DNA from: Pyrinomonadales bacterium
GTDB lineage: Bacteria > Acidobacteriota > Blastocatellia > Pyrinomonadales > Pyrinomonadaceae
NCBI GenBank assembly: GCA_038322995.1
Contig: JBBQGM010000007.1
Location: 9,391 to 73,390, forward strand
Reading direction: 5' to 3'
Length of the DNA: 64,000 bases
The notes below the pieces were generated by a model. The model searched no databases. It was not told the DNA's origin and saw nothing but the letters and a program-made list of their open reading frames with translations. Below, one piece after another: positions 1-8,756 of the stretch. Every line of letters begins with the position of its first letter. Positions within the stretch are counted from its first letter, which is position 1. The translations under genes were made by a program, and so were the position numbers.

Positions 1-619
1 GCAACTCCTGGCTCTCGATAATCTCTGCGCCCGCCGCGGCCAGCTCGGCGAGCGCACGCTCCGTGTCGCCGGCATTAACTTCAACACCGCGACAGGCATC
101 TTTGACGACCGTCGTTTTGAAGCCGAGCGCAAGCGCATCGAGCGCGGTGAACTTGACGCAGTAGTCGGTGGCGAGGCCGGTGATGACCACGTCAGTCACG
201 CCCTGCGCTGTGAGATAGTCGCCGAGACCTGTGGCGCGCAGGTGTTCGTTGTCGAAGAAGCCGCTATAAGAATCAACTTCCATATCCGTGCCTTTGAGGA
301 ACGTGCGCGCGATGCGGCCCGTGTCGAGCGCGGATACGAACTCAGCGCCCGCGCTCTCTTGTACGCAGTGCGGCGGCCAGAGCGTCTCAAAGCTCGCATG
401 ACCGGCGGGATGCCAGTCTTTAGTCGCGACGATCAACTCGAAATGTTTTTGTAGCTCATTGACGACCGGCACGACCCGGTCGCCTTCGCGCACGGCGAGC
501 GAGCCGCCCGGACAGAAGTCGTTCTGAATATCGACGAGGATGAGCGCGCGTTTGGTCTGCGTCGCCAACTCGCCCGCGGCTGCCGTCGTCTGCGCTTGCA
601 GTTCGTTCGTGGCTGTCAC
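1..619 (-). CDS. pncA: nicotinamidase / isochorismatase-family hydrolase; C-terminus cut by the window edge
   Basis: Absent from the ORF track because it starts with GTG (617-619), preceded by AAGGAG. My minus-strand translation reads ...KRALILVDIQNDFCPGGSLAV...ATKDWHPAGHASF...ITGLATDYCVKFTALDA..., the nicotinamidase Asp/Lys/Cys pattern. Confidence 0.7.
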   Translation of the reverse strand, partial: MTATNELQAQTTAAAGELATQTKRALILVDIQNDFCPGGSLAVREGDRVVPVVNELQKHFELIVATKDWHPAGHASFETLWPPHCVQESAGAEFVSALDTGRIARTFLKGTDMEVDSYSGFFDNEHLRATGLGDYLTAQGVTDVVITGLATDYCVKFTALDALALGFKTTVVKDACRGVEVNAGDTERALAELAAAGAEIIESQEL

Positions 620-631
620 CGGCCTGCTCCT

Positions 632-1129
632 TTAGGCGTTGTCGCCGTTCGCCAGCACGCGCACGGGCTGGCCCGGCGCGAGCCGCCCCGTCCGGATCAC
701 GCGCGCGTAAAGGCGCGACTCGCCGGGATGCAACTTTTGTGCGATGCGTTTGAACTCGCCGCCGATGAACGAGGCGACGAGTGAGTTGCAAGGATTGGCG
801 GGTTTGCTGATCTCGATGATCACTTCATCGCCAAGCGCGAGCCGCGCGCCGGGTGCGAGTTGCGCCCAATCAAGCCCGACGATTGTCACATTCTCGCCGA
901 CCGAGCCGGGATAGATCGGATGTCCTTCGGCCTGCAATGCCGCGATGCGCTCAAGCGCGTAGAGACAGAGGGCGCGCTCCGGCCCGCCGTGAAATTTCAG
1001 ATGCGCCTGCCGGTCGCCGACCAGCCCCGTGGGCGTCAGCATAGCTGTGGCCACGGGCCGCTTCGGCACACCGCCGTCCGAGCAGTTGAGTTGATGTATG
1101 TGACCTTGCACGGATATTTGTTCCGACAT
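632..1129 (-). CDS. MOSC domain-containing protein (YiiM-like)
   Basis: 165-aa ORF. The pattern ...HLKFHGGPERALCLY...GENVTIVGLD...PCNSL... resembles the MOSC beta-barrel family with its conserved Cys. Lies directly downstream of the pncA-like gene. Confidence 0.65.
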   Translation of the reverse strand: MSEQISVQGHIHQLNCSDGGVPKRPVATAMLTPTGLVGDRQAHLKFHGGPERALCLYALERIAALQAEGHPIYPGSVGENVTIVGLDWAQLAPGARLALGDEVIIEISKPANPCNSLVASFIGGEFKRIAQKLHPGESRLYARVIRTGRLAPGQPVRVLANGDNA

Positions 1130-1175
1130 AGAAGATTAACGACAAGGGTACGACGGGCACGGTTTAATTCGTTAG

Positions 1176-1832
1176 CTAAAACCCAACCACCACGCGCACA
1201 GCAGCCCGCACGCGCCGCAATAACTCCGGCAACTCGGCCCGCGTGTACACAGGAATGCACTGGAGCGCATCAGCGTCTGAGCCTGAGGCCCGCCAGACAG
1301 CAAATCGTGCTTGCGCTGCCGCCGCGTCATCACCCGCTTCCGTGAAGAGATAGAGCGCGTCGCAACGTGCGAGCGCGCGGCGGGCGGTCGGTTTGATTTG
1401 CTCCGCACGTTGCGGCACACACATGATACTAAAATCAACCGGCACGTAAGACACAAAACTGTTGCCTTCGACCAGCACCCCCGGCGCACGCACACACGCG
1501 AGTGCGGCCTTGATGCCGTGCTCGACCTGTCTGTCGGTGGCGATGAGCCAGTGGACGTTCGCCGCGCCCGCGTCCCAGTAGCGGCCTGTGTCCTTGCCCG
1601 GCGCATAAGTCTCCGCGCGCCCTGAGCGTAGCGTCGGCTCGTCGCCGAGCAGATGGCTCACGCAGCAGGCGTGCGGGTCTTTGCCACACGAGCGATAGTG
1701 CCCGCGTGTCTGCTTGATCGCCTCCCAGCCGGGCAACCGGCGCAGCAACTCGCACACGAGCGTCGTCTTGCCCGAATTCGACGTGAAGCCGCCAATCGCC
1801 ACGGTGGTTAAAGTCATAACTACATCAGGCAT
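1176..1832 (-). CDS. P-loop NTPase, MobB-like / unknown function
   Basis: 218-aa ORF with a Walker A-like motif GGFTSNSGKTTL near the N-terminus. No further family assignment is possible by eye. Confidence 0.5.
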   Translation of the reverse strand: MPDVVMTLTTVAIGGFTSNSGKTTLVCELLRRLPGWEAIKQTRGHYRSCGKDPHACCVSHLLGDEPTLRSGRAETYAPGKDTGRYWDAGAANVHWLIATDRQVEHGIKAALACVRAPGVLVEGNSFVSYVPVDFSIMCVPQRAEQIKPTARRALARCDALYLFTEAGDDAAAAQARFAVWRASGSDADALQCIPVYTRAELPELLRRVRAAVRVVVGF

Positions 1833-1868
1833 GAATATGCGGCACGGGTCTTAGCGCCGCGCGCGCGC

Positions 1869-2168
1869 TTACTGTACAGGTTTTGCTTCCAGCCGTTCGA
1901 TCCGATCTTCCGCATCGCGCAGGTCGGCGCGCGTCTCGTGCGCGACGCCCTCAAGGCGATCAAGCCGCCGCGACAACTCGCGCCGCGTCTCTATGATCTC
2001 TTTCAACGCTTGCTCCCAGATCGGTTTCGTGTCGTAAGCCCGCGCTTCAAGCGCTTGCAGGCGCATGTTGAAATCGCGCAAGCTGGCGTCAATCGCATCG
2101 AAGCGGGCGAATACGCGCTCCTCGAAAGCGTGCCCGTCAGGTAAATTCTGTGTTGTCTCTTCGCTCAT
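1869..2168 (-). CDS. hypothetical coiled-coil protein
   Basis: 99-aa ORF, charged with a heptad-like composition (RLQALEARAYD...RLDRLEG...RIERLEAK). Coding-like GC3 bias. Confidence 0.45.
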   Translation of the reverse strand: MSEETTQNLPDGHAFEERVFARFDAIDASLRDFNMRLQALEARAYDTKPIWEQALKEIIETRRELSRRLDRLEGVAHETRADLRDAEDRIERLEAKPVQ

Positions 2169-2313
2169 CTTTTTACCCCGCTGCGATTATGAAACTGTTG
2201 CAGCCGCCATTCAAGCGCAAACGCTCAGCGCGGCAATTGCCAATTCTGGCCGCGACTTGGCAAGGGAGTGGCGTGCGCTATAGATTAGCACCGCGAAATC
2301 GCTCCAATCTGCG

Positions 2314-2679
2314 TTGAACAATGGCGGTATGGCGACTGACGAAAAACAGAGTGGGCTCTTGCGCGCAGTTTGCGCGGTGCTGACCGAACACGACGCGGGC
2401 GCGCTGCAAGGCGCACCTGTCGCGGTGGTCGCGGCCGACTGGCTGGCGCACGGTTTCGACGACGCGGAAGAGATAGACGAATGGCTGCGCGCACGCTGCT
2501 TTTGCGCCCGCCACGCGCGCGCACTCGACCGCGCCGGCTTCACGCCCGCGCAGGCCGCACTCAGCACCACCGCCGGCCGCGTTGCTTATGCCGACACCAT
2601 CGCCTATAAACTCGCGCAAGGCGATCTCACAATGACCGAGGCCCGCCGCATCATGACCAGCGCTTTCTGGGATTCATAA
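2314..2679 (+). CDS. hypothetical protein
   Basis: 121-aa ORF in an otherwise empty interval. No recognisable motif. Confidence 0.4.
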   Translation: MNNGGMATDEKQSGLLRAVCAVLTEHDAGALQGAPVAVVAADWLAHGFDDAEEIDEWLRARCFCARHARALDRAGFTPAQAALSTTAGRVAYADTIAYKLAQGDLTMTEARRIMTSAFWDS

Positions 2680-2748
2680 GCCGTTGGCTATAGGCTTTTA
2701 GCTAACGGCCAACCGCTAACAGTTTTCACTAAAGGAGTCGCCCCTGAG

Positions 2749-3972
2749 ATGACGCACGACGACCAACAGCCACTCACAGTGCTCTGTCTGGCGAGCTATG
2801 AGAAGGGGCAGGAGTTTATGCGCGAGTGCAAGCGGCAGGGCGCGCGTGTACTGCTGCTCACGTCGCTGAGCCTCAAGGACAAGGCCAATTGGCCGCGCGA
2901 GGCGCTAGCCGAAATCTTCTACGTGCCTGACGTGGACAAGCAGTGGAATATAGACGACACAATCAAGAGCGTCAGCTACGTCGCGCGCACCGAGCGAATT
3001 GATCGCATCGTCCCGCTCGACGATTTCGATCTGGAAAAGGCCGCGGCCTTGCGCGAGCACCTGCGTGTGCCGGGCCTCGGCGAGACCACCACACGCTATT
3101 TCCGCGACAAGCTCGCCATGCGGATGCAGGCGCAAGAGGCCGGCTTGCGCGTGCCTGCATTCGTCCACACGCTCAATCACAACGACTTGGGCGCATATAT
3201 GGGGCGCACCCCCGCGCCGTGGCTCTTGAAGCCGCGCTTCGAGGCATCCGCGACCGGCATCAAGAAAATCAACGCGCCCGAAGAACTCTGGCCCGCGCTC
3301 GATGCGCTCGGCGACCGCCGGTCTTTCCACTTGCTCGAACGCTTCGTGCCCGGCGACATCTACCACGTGGACTCGATTGTTTACGACCACGAAATTCGCT
3401 TCTCGATCTGCAATCGCTACGGTCTGCCGCCGCTCGACGTGGCGCACGGCGGCGGCATTTTCAGCACGCGCACCATGCCGCGCGGCACAGCCCAGGAGCA
3501 AGCATTGCAAGCGGCCAACCGCGCCGTGCTACATGCGTTGAAACTCCCGCGCGGCGTCGCGCACACGGAATTCATCGGCAGTCATCAGGATGGGGAACTT
3601 TATTTTCTGGAGACGGCGGCGCGCGTCGGCGGCGCGAACATCGTGGAGTTGATCGAAGCGGCGACCGGCATCAACCTCTGGGCCGAATGGGCCAAAATTG
3701 AAATTGCCGGCGGCAAGCAACCCTACCATCTGCCGCTCGCCAGCGCCGATCACGCCGGCCTGCTCGTCTCGCTCGCGCGCCAGGAATGGCCCGACACCTC
3801 CGCTTACAACGACCGTGAGATCGTCTGGCGCATGAACAAGCCCGCGCATGTCGGTCTGATCATTCGCTCACACGACCCTGCGCGCATCGATCAACTCATC
3901 GTTGACTACACCGCCCGCTTCCTCCGCGACTTCAGCGCCACGCTGCCACCAACGGCGCGGCCGACGAGTTGA
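2749..3972 (+). CDS. ATP-grasp domain protein (paralogue 1)
   Basis: 407 aa. ATP-grasp signatures are PWLLKPRFEASATGIKKI, HLLERFVPGDIYHVDS and YFLETAARVGGANI. RBS AAAGGAG lies upstream of the ATG. Confidence 0.75.
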   Translation: MTHDDQQPLTVLCLASYEKGQEFMRECKRQGARVLLLTSLSLKDKANWPREALAEIFYVPDVDKQWNIDDTIKSVSYVARTERIDRIVPLDDFDLEKAAALREHLRVPGLGETTTRYFRDKLAMRMQAQEAGLRVPAFVHTLNHNDLGAYMGRTPAPWLLKPRFEASATGIKKINAPEELWPALDALGDRRSFHLLERFVPGDIYHVDSIVYDHEIRFSICNRYGLPPLDVAHGGGIFSTRTMPRGTAQEQALQAANRAVLHALKLPRGVAHTEFIGSHQDGELYFLETAARVGGANIVELIEAATGINLWAEWAKIEIAGGKQPYHLPLASADHAGLLVSLARQEWPDTSAYNDREIVWRMNKPAHVGLIIRSHDPARIDQLIVDYTARFLRDFSATLPPTARPTS

Positions 3973-3989
3973 GGCAAATACGTCTATCG

Positions 3990-5030
3990 TCAGTAGATGT
4001 TGAAATTATAAACGACGGTGACGTACTGCGAGACGAAGCGGCCGTCCTTTTGCGCCGGAACGAACTTGATGTGGCGCGCGGCCCGAACGGCTTGCTCCGT
4101 TAAACCATCGCCCAAGCGCTTGATGGGCACGATATTCTGCACATGCCCGTTCGAGCCTAGCACCATGCGTAACAGCACCTCGCCGGTCAGATTGTTCATG
4201 CGCGCGATTTCGGTGAAGCTCGGCTCGGGCTTCGAAACTATCACGGCCCGCCGCACAACTTCTTTTATCGTAAAGGCTGGTTTCGCAGTCGGCTCTGTGC
4301 CGCTTGCGGCGGCCACGGCAGTAGGCGTCGGGGCCAGGGCCGGCGCAGCCGGTGCGGGCGTGGGGCCGGCATCGTCATCTTCAATTTTCCGCCCCGCCGG
4401 GCTATTCATCAGCTTGAATGAAGTCAGAAATTGCCGCGCCGCCGGCTGGCTCTCGGCCGCGCCATAAACTTCCAACAGATAAGTGTGCTTCTTGGCTTGA
4501 TAAATGTAGATCGGCATAATGGGCGCATCGGTTTCAGCCTTGGCCAGTTTGATCTCGTACTTCTTCCCTTTGAAGCCGGCGAGTTTCAGTTCACCCACCG
4601 CAAACATTTGATAAGCCGCGCCCAGATCGTTCGTTTTGTAATAACTGGCAAAATAGTCCACTGTCTCATTCACGCGCGGTCTATCGTAAACATGGATCAG
4701 ATAGACGATGCCGTCGCCATAAGCGCCGATGATGCGCCCTTCTTCATAATTACGATTAGTATCCCTAAGCAGCCTTGTGGTCGGATGAACGGTTGGCATT
4801 TCGGGCAAGGCGACGGAGAATTCTTCTCCGTGGTAAGTGTACGTCTCCCACGGTGCTGCATCTTGCGGGCTGGCGGCCGGAGTGGATTGTGGCCGTGGGC
4901 CGTTAGCTGCGCGCCCGCCCGTCCCATTCGTTCCACACATCATTAACAGGGCCAAGCTAAGAATAATCACACGCATACGAGGTGGCTTCCTTTCAACAAG
5001 TGGACGGCTGTCTGAAGGTCGCGCCAGCAA
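3990..5030 (-). CDS. secreted protein with C-terminal TonB-C (energy transducer) domain
   Basis: 346 aa with an N-terminal signal-like segment (RVIILSLALLMMCG), a Pro/Ala linker, and a C-terminus ...PEPSFTEIARMNNLTGEVLLRMVL...VSQYVTVVYNFNIY typical of TonB_C. Confidence 0.65.
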   Translation of the reverse strand: MLARPSDSRPLVERKPPRMRVIILSLALLMMCGTNGTGGRAANGPRPQSTPAASPQDAAPWETYTYHGEEFSVALPEMPTVHPTTRLLRDTNRNYEEGRIIGAYGDGIVYLIHVYDRPRVNETVDYFASYYKTNDLGAAYQMFAVGELKLAGFKGKKYEIKLAKAETDAPIMPIYIYQAKKHTYLLEVYGAAESQPAARQFLTSFKLMNSPAGRKIEDDDAGPTPAPAAPALAPTPTAVAAASGTEPTAKPAFTIKEVVRRAVIVSKPEPSFTEIARMNNLTGEVLLRMVLGSNGHVQNIVPIKRLGDGLTEQAVRAARHIKFVPAQKDGRFVSQYVTVVYNFNIY

Positions 5031-5041
5031 CAGCTAGAAAT

Positions 5042-6268
5042 TCATTCTGCTCGTTCCGGCGGCGGCGCGGTGGCGCTGAAGTCTGCGCTGAAGCGGCGCG
5101 CGTAGTCGGCCAACAACTCATGCACGCGCTGTTGCTCTGGCGCGCGGACGACGAGGCCGATGTGGTGGCGCTTATGCACCCGATAGACGATCTCCGCGTC
5201 GGTGAAGGCGGACGTGTCGGGCCACTCGTGGCGCGCGAGCGAGAGCGCGATGCCGGCGTAGTGTTGTTGTGGTGCGGGTAGTTCATAACCGCCGTTCACA
5301 TCGGCTAGTTCGAGTTTCGCCCACTCGCGCCAGAGGTTGAGACCGCTGGCGGCTGCGTGCGTCTCGGCGGTATACGCGCCGCCGACGCGCGCCGCAATTT
5401 CGAGAAAATAAAACTCGCCGTCCGCCGCGCTCTTGATGAACTCGGCGTGCGCTGCGCCGCGTTGCAAACCGAGCGTGCTGATCACTTGCTGATTGAGGCG
5501 CAACAACTCCGCGCGCTCAGGCGCGTCGTAAGCAATCGTGTACGAGAGAAAGACGCCGCCCCCGTGCATCACGTCGAGCGGCGGCCGGCCGTATTGATTG
5601 ACGCACGCGAACAACACCTCGCCGTTCATGACCAGTGAATCGACGTGATAGACAGCGCCGGGCACAAACTGTTCGAGCAGATGAAACGGCGCACGCTCGT
5701 GCAGCCGCTCACGCGCGTCTATTTCTTCCAGCGCACGCCAGAGTTGTTCCGCCGTATGCACTTTCCTGATGCCGAAGGCGGACACGTCCGTGCGCGGCTT
5801 CAAAACCCACGGCGCGGGCGTGCGCGCCATATAGTCGTGCATGTCCGTGTAGCTGATCGCGCCGACGAAATCGGGCACGCGCAAGCCCGCAGCGCGGGTC
5901 GTATCGCGCATGGTCAGTTTGTCGCGAAAGCGGCGCGCGGTCGAAGCGTCCATGCCGGGCAGACGCAGATGCTCGCGGATGAGACCAGCCGTGATCACGT
6001 CGAACTCTTCGAGCGCGACGAGCCGCGCGATGCGTAGCCGGCGCGCGAGTTGGGTAACCGTATGCAGGAAATCATCGGGGCCGGCGTCCTGCGGCAGCAG
6101 GATCAACTCGGCGAGACTGTCGTGCGGCCAGTCTTCATACTGCCACTTCGCTTTCGTGATGAGCAGGACGCGCGCTCCCTGCTGCCGACATTCGCGCAGG
6201 AAATCAACGCCCTTGAAAAAACTGGCGAGGCAGACAATGGTCGGTGCGTTTGCTGGTAAGTCGTCCAA
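5042..6268 (-). CDS. ATP-grasp domain protein (paralogue 2)
   Basis: 408 aa, collinear with 2749-3972. Shared blocks: RTPAPW-LKPR, HLLEQFVPGAVYHVDS, YFLEIAARVGGA, SLARHEWPDTSA. Confidence 0.75.
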   Translation of the reverse strand: MDDLPANAPTIVCLASFFKGVDFLRECRQQGARVLLITKAKWQYEDWPHDSLAELILLPQDAGPDDFLHTVTQLARRLRIARLVALEEFDVITAGLIREHLRLPGMDASTARRFRDKLTMRDTTRAAGLRVPDFVGAISYTDMHDYMARTPAPWVLKPRTDVSAFGIRKVHTAEQLWRALEEIDARERLHERAPFHLLEQFVPGAVYHVDSLVMNGEVLFACVNQYGRPPLDVMHGGGVFLSYTIAYDAPERAELLRLNQQVISTLGLQRGAAHAEFIKSAADGEFYFLEIAARVGGAYTAETHAAASGLNLWREWAKLELADVNGGYELPAPQQHYAGIALSLARHEWPDTSAFTDAEIVYRVHKRHHIGLVVRAPEQQRVHELLADYARRFSADFSATAPPPERAE

Positions 6269-6449
6269 CGTGCGCGCTCCTCTCTCGGCTCGCGTTCATG
6301 CGCCGGCGGCGTGGGCGCAACGGCGTATGCTTGAATTGCGGCGACAGTATATAACGGGCGCGCGTGGCCGGTCATCGCCGCGCAAAATGCTCAAGCCCGC
6401 GCGAGGGCAAACACCTCGCGCGGGCCTGTTGCGGCAACAGTGCTCGTAG

Positions 6450-7928
6450 CTAATAGATATTGAAGTTGTAAACGACGGAGACGTACTGTGAGACCTTGTG
6501 CCCGTCCTTCTCGGCCGGCGTGAACTGAATCTTACGCGCGGCTTCAATCGCCTTCTCCGTTAACCCGTCCGGCAAACGCTTGATCGGCACGATGTTCTGC
6601 ACCTGCCCCGACGCCGACAAGACCATGCGCAACGCGACCTCGCCCGTGACGTTATTTTTGCGCGCCGCTTCCGTAAACTGCGGCTCCGGCTTCGCCGTAA
6701 TGACCGCGCGGCGCGTCACATCATGCACGTTGAATATCTTGTTCACATAATCAATCGTGCCGCCGCAACAGCCATCGCCACCGCCGCCGAGTTTCTTGGG
6801 CCCGCCGCCGGTGTTGCCGCCTTCGCCGGGGCCATAGCCGTTGTCTCGGCCTGAACCGACGCCGCCGCCGTTACCTTCGCCAATGCCGTTGCCATCACCT
6901 GAACCTGACGACAACTCGGTCGCCTGCGCCTTCGGATCGCCGTATGGCAGCGGACGCGCGTCGGGCGGAAAGAGTACCGGATCGCCTTCCAGCGTGACGG
7001 GCGTCGGCAGATGCGCGTTTTGCATCACCGGCGCTTTCGGATCGGGCGCTAAAAGTTGCCGCTGCTCTATGGCCGGCGGCAGTTTACCGTGACTAGCAGG
7101 CAGTTCTTCATGTTGCCCGCCGCCACCGCCGCCGCCCGGCCGCTCTTTGTTCTGCAACGAACCGCCGCCCGTGCCGTGTGCCGCCATCCCGGCCGGCCCC
7201 GCTTCCGGCTTCTGCTCCGGCGGGATGTTGACCATGCCGATCAGTTCATACCTATCGTCCACAGCCGCGAGTGCGGCCGGATGCGCCTTGTGATAACCCG
7301 TGAGTGCAACGACCGCGCCGATGAGTGTTAAGACGGCGACGAGCGCGGTCACGAGTCCATAAGCCACATGCTCGCGTGCGAGGCTGCGGCGCAGCAACAA
7401 GCCGTAACCGGCGGCCGTGCGCTGCACAAACGCGCGCGGATCGCGTTTGAACTCCGGCCATGTCAGCCGCGACTCGGCCGTGACCGCGCGCATCTCCGTC
7501 GTCAGCCGCGCGAGCAGGCTCGCCTCTGTTAGCAACGTCAGTTGATACTCGGCCCGCGCCGCCGCTTGCATGGGCACGGACGCAAATGTCGTCGCCGTTG
7601 GTTGAGCACCAGCCCGCCGCACGCTCTCGTTCGTCGCGCCGACAGGCGCATACGCACCGGCCGACTGTTCCCATTCCGCTTCGGTGAATCCGGTGAAGGC
7701 GTCGGGCGGTTGCCCGGCCACAAGCGGCAGACCGTCCACCGGGCAGAAACGGAACTGCGGCGCAAACTCTGCATAGCACATCGGGCATCGCTTCATCTCT
7801 TCTTCCTCCTCCGCCCGCCGGCTCACCTGCCGGCGGAATGAATCAAGCACGCGCGCGCGCAACGCATCGGGCGCTGTATTAGCGCGCCAACTCAGGAGCA
7901 ACATGTTCAATGTCTGCTCTTCGCTCAT
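6450..7928 (-). CDS. anti-sigma-like membrane protein with zinc ribbon and C-terminal TonB-C domain
   Basis: 492 aa. Start overlaps the stop of the upstream ECF sigma gene (ATGA at 7928). N-terminal CPMCYAEF...FCPVDG zinc-ribbon, one TM helix (LVTALVAVLTLIGAVVAL), a Gly-rich linker, and a TonB_C end ...VSQYVSVVYNFNIY. Confidence 0.65.
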   Translation of the reverse strand: MSEEQTLNMLLLSWRANTAPDALRARVLDSFRRQVSRRAEEEEEMKRCPMCYAEFAPQFRFCPVDGLPLVAGQPPDAFTGFTEAEWEQSAGAYAPVGATNESVRRAGAQPTATTFASVPMQAAARAEYQLTLLTEASLLARLTTEMRAVTAESRLTWPEFKRDPRAFVQRTAAGYGLLLRRSLAREHVAYGLVTALVAVLTLIGAVVALTGYHKAHPAALAAVDDRYELIGMVNIPPEQKPEAGPAGMAAHGTGGGSLQNKERPGGGGGGGQHEELPASHGKLPPAIEQRQLLAPDPKAPVMQNAHLPTPVTLEGDPVLFPPDARPLPYGDPKAQATELSSGSGDGNGIGEGNGGGVGSGRDNGYGPGEGGNTGGGPKKLGGGGDGCCGGTIDYVNKIFNVHDVTRRAVITAKPEPQFTEAARKNNVTGEVALRMVLSASGQVQNIVPIKRLPDGLTEKAIEAARKIQFTPAEKDGHKVSQYVSVVYNFNIY

Positions 7929-8539
7929 TATTGGTTCAACTCCCGCGCGCCTGTGCTGCTTGCTAGATATGGCGCAAGTTGTCGCCGCAAATTCTCACGC
8001 GCCCGCGCGAGTCGCGCTTTGACCGTGCCCACGTCCGCGCCGACCACCTCGGCGATCTCCGCGAGGCTCAACTCTTCATACTCGAACAATACGAGCGCCT
8101 CGCGTTGCAGCGGCGACAAGTTCAACACCGCGCGCTCTACGACTGCGGCCAACTCGGCCGCAAGCAGTTGGCGCAAAGGTTGTTGCGCTTCGAGCGTGCG
8201 CGGCTCAGCGGTCAACTCATCAAGCGTGACCTCGATGCGCGGGCGGCGAAACTGTTTGCGCGCAAGATTGCGCGCGGCCGCGTAGAGATACGTGCGCAAA
8301 CTGGCGCGCGTCGGATCGAACCTGTCGGGCCGTTTGAGCAAGCTCAAGAAACAGTCGTGCGTCACGTCTTCGGCGCGCGTGGCCGAGCCAAGCAAGCGAT
8401 AGGCGAAGCGATAGATCGCGTCGCGGTAACGCTCGTAGAGCAAGAGGAACGCGGCCTCTTCGCCCCGGCTGGCGCGCTCGATGAGCGCCTCATCTGTCGT
8501 CTGTTCGGGCAACCTGCTTCGGCTCGTTTCCGGCCCCAC
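7928..8539 (-). CDS. ECF (sigma-70 family, group 4) RNA polymerase sigma factor
   Basis: Region 2 (LIERASRGEEAAFLLLYERYRDAIYRFAYRLLG...AEDVTHDCF) and region 4 (LSPLQREALVLFEYEELSLAEIAEVVGADVGTVKARLARAR). The track ORF runs to 8719, but its N-terminal 60-70 aa look non-native. The likely start is GTG 8539 or TTG 8512, so the start is uncertain. Confidence 0.8.
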   Translation of the reverse strand: MGPETSRSRLPEQTTDEALIERASRGEEAAFLLLYERYRDAIYRFAYRLLGSATRAEDVTHDCFLSLLKRPDRFDPTRASLRTYLYAAARNLARKQFRRPRIEVTLDELTAEPRTLEAQQPLRQLLAAELAAVVERAVLNLSPLQREALVLFEYEELSLAEIAEVVGADVGTVKARLARARENLRRQLAPYLASSTGARELNQ

Positions 8540-8756
8540 GGCTTGCTCTATGGAGGTATTACCGCGCAGATGAAAAAAGAGACGCCCGCAAGCGTATTTT
8601 TTTTTCAACTCGCTCTCACTGCTGTTGTCGCTTGGAAGCCAGCACACGCGGACGTGGTTGCACGCACGCGATCTGCGCCGCGAAAATAAATATCCGGCGC
8701 GTGGAAACGTGACAGACACCCGCGCGCATCACAGCGCCAACTTTGGAGGTAGCCCC

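Noticed and set aside
8540-8756. N-terminal extensions of the ECF sigma ORF (to 8719) and the alpha-2-macroglobulin ORF (from 8625), which overlap each other on opposite strands
   Set aside because: The extensions lack family similarity. The A2M has a strong RBS, ATG and signal peptide at 8757, and sigma region 2 begins about 70 codons into the long ORF. The overlap is better explained as a divergent promoter region.
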